Source: Thalia democratica
Lineage: Eukaryota
Assembly (NCBI GenBank): GCA_965202585.1
Contig: OZ241828.1
Span: 40,796,001 to 40,860,000, forward strand
DNA length: 64,000 nucleotides
Direction: 5' to 3'
Numbering within the stretch: position 1 is the stretch's first letter; every line of letters starts with the position of its first letter. Made by a program: the position numbers and the translations under genes. Positions 1 through 13,250 of the stretch are shown here, piece by piece. The notes below the pieces were generated by a model. The model made no database searches and was not told where the DNA came from. It saw only the letters and a list, made by a program, of their open reading frames with translations.

Positions 1-2472
1 CTTTAGTTTTTGAGATTTTTACTGATGGTGTAATTCACGCACAGCTCGTGGCCATGTTTACACAAAAACACATTAATCCTAGTGGCAAGGTTATCTCATA
101 ATTTTCTTATGTTTAGATCAAAACATTTGTCTGAATATTATGCACCGTGAAACTAGCAGATATTTGTCGTTTGTTTGAAAAACTGTTCAAACGTACAACA
201 GAAGACTCAAAATTGCATTGTGTGTATGAAACGGCAACTCTCCATCACGGAGTGATATCTGAACGTCAACAAACGCAAATTAACGTTGCTCGTGCTCCGT
301 GATTGAAAAGTAAGCAGCAGGAGTGTCGTATTTACAGAATAAATACGGCGCTTAATCACAGCGAAAATTAATTTAGATTTTCAGGCATTTTTCATAACGC
401 ATGATATAGTTAAATTTTAATGAGCTCAAAAAATAAATTAACATAAATTTGAAAATATACTTATTTTATATAAATTTTATAATCCAAATAAATAATCTTT
501 GAATACGATTCAGATCAGTTTAAATATTTTTCTAGCGACACAAACCAACCATAAGCCCTTGTTTAACACAAGCTATTTATTGACAGTAGTATAGACTGAA
601 TCACAAAATAAAAAAGGTTGCATCACTGGAATAAAAATTTACCTAATATGTTGGCATATACAACTACTTTAGATACAAGTAAAGGCCTTTCTAAAATAAA
701 CATTGCAAGTTTAAAAACATCAAAAAAAAAGTTTTAATTGACAAAAAAACATGCATAAACAAGTTTTTTATATTGAGCACAAAAATACATTTTGTTTGTG
801 TTTATATAAAAAGTACACCTGTTAATATTAGAAGTTGTGTTAATAAAAAAAATTTATCCAAAGCTTAATTGATATATTTTTTTAATTAATTAATTATGTA
901 AGATTACACTTCGTATTGTTGTTTCCAAAGTTTTGAAATTTTACGGTAAATAGTCTTATCGATAGTACGAATAAAATATTTTTAAAACATTTTCTAATCT
1001 AAAGTTTTTTAAACCGTGCAAACTATCAAAAAATTTTGTACGCTTATTTTACCAGCTTCTTAATGTAACAATCATAAACCTAAGCATAGCACTAAAAATA
1101 TTTCTTAAGTTTTCGTTACAAACTTTAATATACTATTTTAATAAATTAAAAGTTAAACACTTAAAAATTAATTAGAATTAAAAATTTTTGAAAATTCTTT
1201 GCTAAACCTTTTACACATTTAGCTATAAGATAATTTGTTTTTAATTCCTTCACAGGACATGAAACATAAAAAAAAATAGTGTATGGTACTTTTCTCATTC
1301 AACGGTTTTAAGCAAATTATATTTTGTTTTTTTGTTTGTATGTAATAAATTGGTTCTAACCCTAAAACGTATTTTTCTCATTTCGTAATTATAAATTGTT
1401 TTTCAATTAAGCAGTTCAAAGTATTTCGTTTCTTTCTACTTATTAAGGAAAAAAAAACTAAAGATAATATATGATTTATATATTAATGAAAAATTTTTTT
1501 TCTTTAATTTTAAGCTTTATATCACAATTTTAAGTTTTATTAACCCAGTTTGAGCAAAAAAACATATAATACATTTTAATTATTTACGTATATATTGATA
1601 TTTGAAAAAACAATTGTTTATTTCTTAAATTGTTGTTAATCAAATAACGCAAACTTGTGTTTACACAAATGAAACTTCTTCTATGCCTATTTAAAATGAT
1701 TAGGTTTTTAACAATAAGTATACAGTTTTTTTTGCTTATATTTTAAAACTTTTATAGCAGATGAACCGTTGTGATAACGAAAAAAAAAATTTGTTCTAGA
1801 AATTGGCACTTTTTCTAATATACTTTAATTTTGTTTAAATTAGTATTTACAGGTAAAAATATTTGTCTCATTTATTTCGTTTAAAACAAGACTAAAGATT
1901 GTTAGGTTCAAAAACTATTTAATTTAGCTAATAAGCTTGCGTAGCATATCTATAATAGACGATATGGGAAATATCGCCTATTCAGGAGGCATTAACTAGT
2001 AAAAGATCGAAAAAGTAAATAGGTAAATAACTAGTAAAGGGGCAATATCTAACAAATGGGGTGATTGTGTTTTAAAATTATGCCAAAAAGTTATTTTTAA
2101 AATGAGTTTTGAACTTTTAACTGACTAAATAAACATTTACTTTAGCCAAACGTCAAGTATATTATATATTTTATACATTTATTATTCATGACATCAAAAT
2201 TTGTTTAATTGAAAAACAAACAACTATGTTTTATGGAGCTAAAAATTAAAAAACCTAACAAACTTTATAAAATTATATAATGAAGGTTTTAAAATTATTG
2301 ATATGTGACTACTACGCATAGGCTGAGCTATAAGAAGATTAGTTAAAACTGTAATTGATTTCTACAATATACACTTTTTGAAATCCATGCTAGTTACCTA
2401 CCAACAGGTTTTCTATTACATTTAATAATAAATCCTTATTTTCTTATTCCATACGAAAAAATGGATCGAAAG

Positions 2473-2967
2473 CAGGGTTTCCCAAAGCTAGGCCATAAGC
2501 AACAAAGGGGGCAAAGGGTGCAAAGGGGGAGGCATAAAGCCATTATTTGAAACTTACAGCAGATACCCTGGAGTTGAAGATGAAGAGCAAAAAAAAAGGT
2601 CCTAAGTGTGTTTAATTTTAAAGCTGACATTAGGTGTTCTGGAGTTGAAGATAAAGAGCAAAAAAAAGTCCTAGGTGTATTAAGGGTAGTTTTAAAACTT
2701 ATACAAAACATTATGGAAAATTTTAAGAATTGGCCATAGTTTGAAATTGTCACTATATATTCTAGAGTTGATGATGAAGAGCAAAAAAAGAAGGTCTTGG
2801 GCATATTTTATGGTAGTTTTTTGAGAGGGGCCATAGCTTTTTTTATTACTTTAAAGAGGGGAGTTTAAACTTTAAATTTTTTAAACGATGTAAACAAAGC
2901 GAAAAAAACCTTCCTATAATATTACATATCTAAAGAAGGCCTTATGAAAAAAGTTTAGGAAACCCTG
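2473..2967. mobile_element. hAT-like MITE with internal GAAGAGCAAAAAAAAAGGTC subrepeats
   Basis: Ends CAGGGTTTCC / GGAAACCCTG; three internal copies of GAGTTGAAGATGAAGAGCAAAAAAAAAGGTC (about 2571, 2641, 2765); flanks only loosely similar (ATCGAAAG / ATCTAAGA), so TSD uncertain. Confidence 0.6.
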
Positions 2968-3891
2968 ATCTAAGAAATATTGTACTTATAACTTTTTTTC
3001 CTCGAAGCTTAGATCTTTCGGAAATGCAAGTGTCTTCTTTGAAATATAATTTTGAACTCTGTTTGTTTGGTATTTTGCAAGTATAAATTATACTAATTTT
3101 GTGCAACCGCTTTAGTTCAAAATACTCTATAGAATTTTTATCTGACTACTGATTAGTCCAAGTCTACCACTATGTCTATTATTTTACCAACAATATAAGT
3201 TTTAACATCTGCTGATCCAAGATTTTAAGATAGATAAGCTCGTTTTATTATCAAAATTGGTTTTTTTAAATCATGTTCTATAGACATACTGGTATACTGA
3301 TATTCTTGTATAAGTCTGCTGTATTTCAATGTTAAACTTATACAGAAAATGTTTTACTTAGCTTAGCATTATACATGGTAAATAGGTGAGATCGTTTTTC
3401 AGATTATTAAGGTAAACTTCAACTTTTTGTTATAAGTTATATTTCAGAATTTTTCAAAGTCTACCTTGACTGTGAAAATTGACAGTATCATCGTTTGATA
3501 CTCGTGCTTTCTGATTAAAAAAAAACAATACAAAATAAATAAATCTATACGTTTATGAATAAACTTCTTTGTCACATGATATTAATAAAATTTCTAAAAA
3601 TGTTTAACTACTTTGACTTTTTAGAGTACGACTCATCTTCCAAACTTATTTTTAGTCTGCTTTGAAACCCAGTTACAACAAAGATTTCCTACAGATATAA
3701 GCTTTTGTAGAACTTTACTTTTTTCTCCTGAAACGCATTTTGTTTTTATTGCGTTAGAAAAATTTAATATAAAGTGATTTAAACAAAGTACACACTAAAT
3801 TTAACCTAGACATGGAAAAGTATCCGTCCTTGAATGTTTAAGTTATCTAAAAAGAATCAGATTGCTTTAAAAAAAAAACTAGTTTATAAAA

Positions 3892-4573
3892 CAAGGTCGG
3901 CAAACTGCAGTCCTGAAAGCCCTAATCTGCGGTTATATGACAACTCAAATTCGGGAAATTCAAATTCAAATGATCCGAGTTCTTTAAACAATGTTTTAAA
4001 GACTTATCTCAAAAACTGTCACATATTTGAAAAAAAAATTGCGATTGTAGGTCTGATTAGAAAGGTTCAGATTGTAAATGCTCAACTGAAAAAAAAAATG
4101 TTTAGTTAATTAAATATAATAAATTTTAAAACTAATTTTAGCCATATCTCAAAAAATAAAATTTTACAAAAAAAAGTACTTCAGCTGTTAATTAGACTTA
4201 CAAATGCATTTTACTTTTTTCAAGTATACTTTATTTTTTTAGTTGTGGCATTTAACAGATATTTTTATAACTTAAATTATCCGAACTTGAATAGTTGTAC
4301 ACCCCAAATCTGCAGCCTGAAAGGTACTTTTAGCTTAAAACTTACTTTTAAATATTAAGAAGAAGACATCTTTATGGTAAAAAGCTTAGAATTTAGCTTT
4401 ATTTGTCTCTTTTATGGCTTCTTGACCATATTTTCGGTCTAAATAGGATATATAAATAGATATATTTTCAATTAACTGCGGACCGCAAAAAAACACTTTT
4501 TATACAGTGCGGCCCGTGAGCAGCTTTTTTCATTAAAATTGGCTCGCCACATGTAAAAGGCTGCCGACCCCTG
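3892..4573. mobile_element. hAT (Charlie-like) non-autonomous element
   Basis: Left CAAGGTCGGCAAAC, right CTGCCGACCCCTG with subterminal GCGGACCGC/GCGGCCCG motifs; related fragments near 12445, 25220, 37365 and 39268; no clear TSD. Confidence 0.5.
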
Positions 4574-4833
4574 AAATAGTATATAGTTTGTACTACCTAG
4601 AAGTTTAGTTTCTATGGATTGATTTGCGATATCGCAGGTCAATTTTACAGAAGCTAGTGTATACCTTATGTTATTATAGAGTTTAACTAAATGTGATTTT
4701 AATTTTAAATTTAAATTCCTTTATTTACCTTAGATATGTAAATTTGTTAAAAAAAAGTTTTTATGCGAAGAAATGTTAATTGATTAGTTTGTAAATGCGG
4801 GTCTTGTTAGTCAAGTTCTTATTTTTAGCGGTA

Positions 4834-5594
4834 CAGTGCTTCCTCGCTTATCCGGTCATGTTGGGCAAGCTTTTTTTGTAATTATGGCCGGATTAGCCTT
4901 TGGTCGGATAGAAATAAAGTATTGCTTTTTTTTATAATCTTCCTCATTAATATTATGTATGCATGTAAAAAGATGTACAATGATTTTTTGGTTAATTTAA
5001 TTCATTTAATCTTCTTTAAAGAACCAAAAAATTAAAACAGACGAAAAAAATGGGTAAAGTTTAAAAATAATTAAATGAAAACAGGTTACACCGTAAACAG
5101 TTTAACCAAAATCGGAACTCTTTGTGAATAAGAAATAAATGGAGGTTTAATCGTTAAATTTTTCCTCTCTCTTCAAAATGTCATTCAAATTCAATTGCTT
5201 GTGCTAAACTGGCACATTAATCTTTGCCTTTTCGCAAACTTTTAGCTTGTTTTCAATTGTTAGTTAAACATGTTTTCTTTCCTTTTTTGTAACATCTAAT
5301 TTTCAAACCAGATGCTTTGACTGTGTAAAGTGTATGTAATTAATTTATCAAAATTAGAAAAAACTTGCGAATGTGTAATATAACACGCTTTCATTTACTA
5401 AGCGCAAAAACTACAAATTGTAACAATAAATTTGAAAATAAATTGGAAAGTAATTGTAAACTTCTTGCTTAGTTATCGAAATTAAATTAAACATGTATTT
5501 GTAGTAAAATTTTATTTTTGCTGAAATAATTAAAATAACTTCTTGACTGAAACCGGCCAGATAAGCGAAGAACCGGATAAGTGAGGAAGCACTG
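4834..5594 (-). mobile_element. Internally deleted pogo/Tigger (Tc1-mariner) element
   Basis: 22-bp TIRs CAGTGCTTCCTCGCTTATCCGG / CCGGATAAGTGAGGAAGCACTG flanked by TA on both sides; minus-strand remnant RKHV*LTIENKLKVCEK resembles the pogo N-terminal HTH. Confidence 0.8.
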
Positions 5595-7995
5595 TATCAC
5601 TAAAAATTGTGCTTGTAAGCATATATACTAGTGTAGAAACGTTGGCATTAAACATAGCCTTTTCATAAACAACTAAAGTATGTGCAAAAAGTACTACAAT
5701 CAGCTTTTAAATTGAAAAATAGTTTAAAAACGTTAAACTAATTCAAAACTGGTTTCAACTAAGAAAATAATTTTAAAACAAATGTTAGTGAGTAAAATTA
5801 ACAGTTATATCAAAGCAGTATAGCGTCCATAGTTTGAAATATTTAAAATCCTTTGGGCTAAAAATAAATAGTATTGCTCTAGTTTTAAAAAACAAGCTAA
5901 GATATCTAAATGTTTTATTTTTTAATTTCATAATTAGTCTACTAAACGAAAACAAATACTTAAATTATTATGTAATTTTTTTTAATTTTAGAACTACTGA
6001 TAAAAAATAATTACATAATCGTTTCTCATTTTTAAAAATTTACTATTAATCATGGTATAATTACGTGAAAAACAAAAGTTTTTATTTTTGCAAATATCAA
6101 GCAATTTTTTAATTGTAACTGAAATCTTTATTATCTAAGATTTTTTTTAATACTACTTTGACCCAAGTTTTCCTTCCATTTTTCAAATAGTTAACAAAAT
6201 TTTATAACTTATATAGATTTTTCTACATTTTTATATTATAAATTCACTTTATAATATGTTTTTAAACATTAAGTTGAAAACAGTATTTTTTAACTATATA
6301 ACCCTTAGTTTTTAACACAAAAGTTTTAGTTTAAAGTTTATAAGTAAAATATTCTACTATATTAAAATGAATAAAATTAAAATATATCAACAAACATGAA
6401 AATTATGATTAATGAAATGGTTTTAAGGTTTTAACCGAACTGTGGCCATATTAAAGCACTTGCAAAAAAAAATTCAATCATGAGGCTCATATGTAACCGA
6501 TATAAACAAGGGATTTTAATATTTACGATAAAAATTAGAGCAATAGTTTTAAAAACCGTCACGGTAAAAAAGAATGAACAAGGTTGACCACAACTATTTT
6601 AATAAAAACTTCTTTGTTAAAATCTGAATTGTTGAGTAGTGGTTGTTACTGTATAAGCTTAACTTTAGTACAACCGCAGTCTTTGTTTTTCATACTAGTT
6701 TTTTTATTAAAATTTTTTAAAGGTTAAGTCTTTTCAATAAAATCTATTTTAGTACAGTATGTAAAAAATTTTAAACTTTTTTACAAAAAATGACATAAAT
6801 ATGTATCAAACTAACTGTTTTCTCAATTACAGTAAATATTTCAAGTGTATTGAAAGTATAATATTCAAATCACAACTAATTGAGTAGTCGTGTTTTAATT
6901 TTTGTTCGGTATGCTTTACTTATATAGAAGTATTTTTAAGCCTTTAAAATATTAAAGCTATGTTCGAAGACATATGTATATGAAACAAATCATAAAACTG
7001 TATAACAGTATTTAGTAACATTTTGTTAGACTTTAATACCTCATAAAAATTGTCATGTACTTTTAAATTTAATGATATTACTTAAAAACTTTAGTTTTAT
7101 GAAAAAACAAACCTAAATTTCTAATATTATCAAAAGTATTAACGAACAAAGTTAAAAAAATGAGACTGGGTATACTATGAGTTGAATCTATTATACTAAA
7201 TCAAAAAATTTAGTAGCAAAATAAAGTTTTTAATTTGTTGCAGTTTCGTTTTTACAGTTAGTTATGAAAAAACTTCTTAACATAATATAAGCAAGTACAA
7301 GGGTTTTGGTTCAACAAAAATATTCTTTAAAAAATCAAACTAATTCGAATTATTTTAGTTAATATACGTTACTGTAAAAAAATTGAAATTTTTTAAACTA
7401 TTATACAACTTGATAACAAAATTTCAAAACAAAAATTATCATTTTTATATTTTAGAAATCGGTTACACTAGCTTTTATGTCTTTTAAATCAATACCAAAT
7501 TAGATAATATTTTTTTATTTTAAATTGTTTTAAAAACTACTTACAAGTATTGATATAAACTATTTTGATATTTTCCTAGAAATACAAGGTACAAAACAAG
7601 GTATAAATATCTAAAATGATGTTTTTTTAAGTATATTTGTTTTTATTTCCTGCACATGATTCAACTTACTTAATTATATATATAAAACCACATAAAAAAT
7701 TGATAAAACTTTAACTTAAAAAGTAAGTTTATAATGGAAACAAAAAGTATTCCATGTTCATATTTCATATTTAATTTTACCGTAAAAAATTATCTACAAA
7801 TTCTTGGTAATATTCAACAATGCCGGCTTTATTTAACAAGAAAATAATTGCCGGAATTCAGATAATTTGCCAATGTGTAGCATTTTTACTATTGAGAAAC
7901 TTTAGATAAATCACTCTACGATACCATTAAATTGCTGAAATCATCTCCTATTGTGATATAAGCTTACAAACTAACATTATAAGTACACTTTTCAA

Positions 7996-8462
7996 GTGAA
8001 TGGGTCAAATATGCACGAAGAGTCTAATATGTACGAAGGGTCACTTTTGCACGGGAAGTAAAAATTAAATAAAAGAAAAAGAAAAAACGAAAAAACAAAA
8101 ACTAATAAAAGTAAAAAACATATGTTAGTTAAAAAAAAAAAGTAACTTACCGAGGGTATGGTTAGGGGTAACAGTGATAAAAAAAACCTAAAAAAAATTG
8201 TTAATGAATATAAAAAAATAATAAAAAATATATCATAAAAAACCAAAAAATATAAAAACAAAAATTACCTACCGGTGATAAGGGGTAGGCGTAATAGTAA
8301 AACAAAAGTTAATAATAAATTTCAGTAAATAAAAAATGATAATAATAATGAAATAGTAATAAAATTTCAACCCGTGCAAAAGTATCTTCATGGAAAATTG
8401 ACCCTTCGTGCAAAAGTGTCTTTGTGAAAAATTGACTCTTCGTGCATTTTAAACTCCTATCC
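7996..8462. mobile_element. Foldback/Mutator-like MITE, copy A
   Basis: Perfect 9-bp TSD ACTTTTCAA (7987-7995, 8463-8471); modular TIRs of TTTTGCACG/CGTGCAAAA subrepeats; two internal GGTTAGGGGTAAC-type modules. Confidence 0.85.
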
Positions 8463-8949
8463 ACTTTTCAAATATCTATGATTTTAAAACGTTTTTTAAA
8501 TGTACCGATCCTAACTTAACCTTAAATTAAATTGTCTAAAACTTATCAAAAATATACTTAGTCTGTTCTGTTTTACAGGAAATTATAAAATTTTAAAATA
8601 TATATTTAAACTTAATAATGACTACTTTTCAATAAAAAAGAAAAAGTTTTTGGTTAAACAGTATTATATAATTTTGAATTTCTGCTTTTGGTATTGAAAA
8701 CATAATAGTTTGTTCTTTAAATTATGGCAACTAAAGTTGTTAGTTTTCAAAGATATACTTAACTAACAAAAAAAGCACCAGTTTGTTTACTTATTTTACA
8801 AACGAAGTTTTTGTAAATATTTTTAAGAACCATAACAAAGATTTTAAAAATAAACTCTTAGAAAGTTAAAAAAAAACTAAAACAATTTAATAAGTTTAAC
8901 AGTTCTATGTAAAATAGTGGGTTAAATTAAGTTATAGTAAAATTATTTA

Positions 8950-9066
8950 GTCCTGGACAAGCCGTTAAAAGGAATCCAAGTGGTGTGCGGCTTGATAACC
9001 GAAAAGATTTTTCGTGCACCAGGTCTTATGACCAAGTATTTTGAACACTATTTTCGTTCAGTAAAC
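8950..9066. repeat. About 120-bp dispersed repeat, copy 1
   Basis: Alignable by eye with 36613-36726 and 37900-38006. Confidence 0.6.
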
Positions 9067-9420
9067 AATATAGTTCCTTAAATTTTTTAAAAAGAAAATA
9101 GTTAGTTTGTAAGCTTTTGTAAAAAAAAAAGAAAAAAAATCTATGAATATTTGTCTTTATTTCCAGCCAAAAGTGTTTTTATAATAAACAAATCTAGGCT
9201 GTATCAATTATAATAAAACTTTTATAAAAGTTTCAGATCTATATAACTTTATTATATGATGATTATAATAAAAACTACTAAAAATAGATTTTTTTATTGA
9301 TGTTTAAAGTTTTTTATTATTACAAAATCTAATGTATAAACTGTTGATTTCTAAACAACTATTTGTGGTTTATAACCAGTAAAATTTATATTTTCGAATT
9401 TAAAAGAGTCTGCTTTGCAG

Positions 9421-10058
9421 GGGTAGGAGTCAAATATGCACGAAGGAACTTTTATGCACGAAGACGCTTTTGCACGAGGGGTGACTTTTGCACAAAGACA
9501 CTTTTGCACGGGTTGATTTTTTTTTAATACATATAATTTTGTTATTAATTATAGTTTTATTATTTTTTTATTTTTACTATCACTTTTACCCCTAACCCTT
9601 ACCCTCACTCGATAACTTTTTTTTCTTCTTGTTGTTTTTTTTATTATTTTTAATTTTTTTGTTGTTTTGTTTTAATAATAGTGTTTTTTACTAATTAATA
9701 ATTGTTCTTTTTCACTATCACTGTTACCCCTAACCCTTACCCTCGGTCGATAACATTTTTTCTTTTTTTAAACAATTTATTTTCTTTATTTATTTTTCTT
9801 ATTTTTTGTAATAATAACTTTTATTACTTATTTTTTTATCATTATTTTTACTACCACTGTTACCCTAACTCTTAACCTCGATCGGTAACTTTTTTTTTCT
9901 TGTTTTGTTTTTTAATTTTTGTTTTACTCTCGTGTAAAAAAAAAACCCTTTGTGCAAAAATGAAACTCCGTGCAAAAGTGTCTTCGTGCAAAAGTGTTCC
10001 TTTGTGCATATTTGACTCTTCGTGCAAAACTGTCTTCGTGCATATTAGACCCGTTCCT
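9421..10058. mobile_element. Foldback/Mutator-like MITE, copy B
   Basis: 9-bp TSD GCTTTGCAG / GTTTTGCAG (one mismatch); ends GGGTAGGAGTCAAATATGCAC and GTGCATATTAGACCCGTTCCT; three internal ACCCTAACCCTTACCCT-type modules. Confidence 0.85.
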
Positions 10059-10067
10059 GTTTTGCAG

Positions 10068-10135
10068 GAAGGGTCACCTTTGCACGAGTTGTCAATTTTG
10101 CATGAAGCTCTTTTTGCACGAGCTTACTTTTTTAT
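10068..10135. mobile_element. Arm fragment of an older foldback copy interrupted by copy B
   Basis: GAAGGGTCACCTTTGCACGAG...TTTTGCACGAG subrepeats continue directly after the copy B TSD. Confidence 0.55.
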
Positions 10136-10551
10136 GCCGTAATGGTTAACTTATAATTGAAGACTTAAGAAATATGTTAAGCACCAAGTATTATTGGGTT
10201 TTAAAATCAAAGAAGTTGTTAACTTTAAAACAAAGAATTTCTTTTTGACTTGTTCAAAGTTAAAGCAGAAAAGTATATGTCAAATTTTTAATACTAATGC
10301 TGATAAATATAACTTAACGAGTAGTTATGATGAAACTTTGTTATATAAGTGCAATAAAAAACTTATGTATATAATTTAAAACTTAAAGCTAACTACTTAA
10401 AAATTTTATTAAGGTTAGATTGGTGGTTTTACTAAATTCATTGATAACAACTGTTTTTTTATATGTTTAGGTTTATATGAAGTATATGTTAACTTTTTTT
10501 GTTTTCTTAAAACATATAAACCCCTAACTTTAAATTAGATATATAAATAAT

Positions 10552-11150
10552 AGGTAGCTGTCAAATTTGCACGAGCGTACAAAATTGCACGAGAGCACGA
10601 AATTGCGCGAAGATACTTTTTTACGAAGACACTTTTGCACGAAAGGTCAATTTTGCACGGATTTAATTTTTTTTTTATTTTTTTTTTCATAATTACTTAA
10701 TTAACTACGTTTTTGGTTTTTTTGTTTTTTTTTTCTATCACTCTTACCCTAACCCTTTTTCTCGGTCAGTAACTTTTTTTTTTACTTATATTATTTTTTT
10801 CTTTTAATTATTATCATTACTATTTTTTTTTCCACCACTGTTACCCTAAACCCTTACCCTCGGTCGGTAGCTTTTTTTTTTCTTTTAAATTAATTCATTT
10901 TTCATAATCTATTTTTTTTATATATTAACTATTGTTAGTTTTTTATCACTGTTACCTCTTAACCTTACCCTCGGTAAGTATTTATTTTTATTTTTGTTTT
11001 TTTTAATTTATATTTTAGTTTTTAATTGTTTTTTTTTAACTTCCGTGCAAAAATTACCCTCCGTGCAAAAATTACCCTCCGTGCAAAATTGTCTTCGTGC
11101 AATTAAGTACCTCGTGCAATTTTGTCTTCGTGCAATTTCAACCCGTTCCC
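10552..11150. mobile_element. Foldback/Mutator-like MITE, copy C
   Basis: Perfect 9-bp TSD ATAAATAAT (10543-10551, 11151-11159); same modular TIRs and three internal modules. Confidence 0.85.
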
Positions 11151-12782
11151 ATAAATAATGTGTATGTTGATCGTTATTTCCTTATTGAACATTATAACTA
11201 TCTAAAAGTTCCTTTGTATTATAAAGTATTATTTTAATTAAAATTAACTACATAAAATTGCTTTCAAAATACCTAAAACATAAAAGAAACTAATTCTAGT
11301 AATTGTTTTCTAATTATTATTATAATTTTTAAAGGAAATAATTTTACTGAGTTTGACTTATTAGGATTTTTTTTATTTCAAACTAGATACTACAAGTATG
11401 TTAAGATTGTTCATGCAGCTATTGTAAGATACCTGCTCAAACGTCAATGAAGTCTTTAAAAAGCATTTTTGTTTAAGTGTGCGTAATAGAAAATATAAAT
11501 ACTATAGTCTACCTTTTAGAACTCTAAATTTAATTTAACAAAGAATATCTTACTACAATAAATTAAGATTTCAAGTTTAAGTTATTTTACTCATAAAATC
11601 AACTTTTAAATATTACGTAAATAACATTTTTCAGCAAAAATAAACATTTCTAGTTTTTTGGTTTTACATATACAGTGGATCAGAACATATTTTACACTTT
11701 TATTTTATAATTTAAATACATGATTATCTACATTATTTTTTCAATTGCTTGAAACTTTTTATATTTACAAATGTTCAAAGGCAAAACTTTGGATGTTTTT
11801 GTTCTTTTTAAAATTCATTAACTGGTGCAGTTCTTAATTATTGTGAGCTAAAATACGACCTTATTGAGCTGAGTATAATAAACGTTGAATTTTTTAGACT
11901 ATGTTCTTATTTTATGCTGTTAATTTTTTCAATATAGTAAATTAAGATAGTAACAATATCAAGTTAAAGAAGAAAGTTTTTGATTAAACTAATTCTGAAG
12001 TTGTTCTTTTTTAAAAGTTACTAAAAATTATAAACAGATTTCTTAAATCAAAAACACATATTAGTGGTTTATTAAACAAAAATTTTAAAAAAATTTTTAA
12101 ATTTTTGTTCAAGAACCTGGATACGCAAAAAAACCTCTCGGTCATCGAATTGCATACCCAACTTAATCAAAATTATAATGAGCTACAAATGATAAAACAA
12201 GAAAAAAACTTTACAGTCAAAATTTAAACTCTAAAACGAAAAACTCTATAAAAAATGAGACTGTTAAACTTTACAACATTAAATACTTAAAAGAAAAATA
12301 TGTCAAAAAAGTAAAATAAATTTTATACACACATATGTTTAACATTATAAACACATAAAATATATATTCAACTCTACGTCAAAAGGTAAAGTTTATATCT
12401 GAAATGTTTTTAATTTTTTAATTTTTCAATAGTTTTAGCAAATACTTGCGGTCCGCACATCATATTGCGACCAACTCAACGTATTAATACAGATCATTAT
12501 TAACTTAATACTTCATGAAAATCGTCTTGAAAAAAATAGTTTTGCATAATTATATTAGTAGATAGGTTAACTACTTATGTGAACATATATTTAAACTCTT
12601 TTATTCATTTAGTTTGTTTAAAATGCCAAACTTTTTAGGGATAATCTAATTTTTTTAACCATTTATTATTAACCAAAAAATATTATTACTTAAGCATGTT
12701 TAATGGGGATCTTGTTATTTAGCTTTTTTTTCTTAGTTAAACTAGAGCTGATTTAAACAAAATTATGCTCTCGTGTTTTATT

Positions 12783-13250
12783 TAACAAAACATTGGCAAC
12801 AGTCCAACAGTCCAAAGCTTGGACTTACGTGTGTCATGAGAAAAGCTCAAGTTGACATAAAAGTTAGCTGATACCGCTTCGATCATCAGACCACAAACTT
12901 TAGGTAGACTGAGACTCGGGTTTAGTTTTTATTGAAACTTCCAGTCAGTCACGACCAAAAAAATTTCATTGGTCAATTAACAAATGGTTTTTCACGTTTT
13001 ACCAGGAGTATTTGTTAAAGTGTCTCTGCCAATTGGACAATGTATTACTCGATAATGGCACGGCAACTAGAAATTCTGACATTAATGATCATACCATGAA
13101 ACAGTAGCTTCATAGTAAAATATAACAAACCGTTTGTAGGTTGAAAAATGCAAGTTGTTTTAATTGCAACTAACTAAAGAGTTTAAACAAAAACGAAACT
13201 CAGGTATCAGTCTACTAAAACCTTGTAACTGGTGATCGGAGTGGTTTAAA
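12783..13250. mobile_element. Old inverted-repeat copy of the hammerhead-bearing PLE-like element (ribozyme cores decayed)
   Basis: Both arms align to the 25727-26108 element (e.g. TTCGATCATCAGAC...GGTAGACTGAGAC; AAACCGTTTGTAG...CGAAAC...TCAGTCTAC); non-palindromic centre. Confidence 0.7.

Noticed and set aside
244-303. 9-bp inverted repeat ATCACGGAG/CTCCGTGAT in a CpG-richer patch at the window start
   Set aside because: Short, no convincing ORF or RNA family; could be a promoter or repeat interior cut by the window edge
2436-2804. 122-aa ORF, and similar Phe/Leu/Lys-rich ORFs at 7992, 9900, 45147 and 45424
   Set aside because: Read-through of MITE subrepeats and AT-rich low complexity; no domain signal
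3050-3540. Possible decayed LINE reverse transcriptase (SHLFTMYNAKLSK, minus strand)
   Set aside because: Too many stops and no recoverable YADD motif
9586-9610. CCCTAA telomere-like repeats
   Set aside because: Only 2-3 imperfect units inside MITE modules; not an interstitial telomere array
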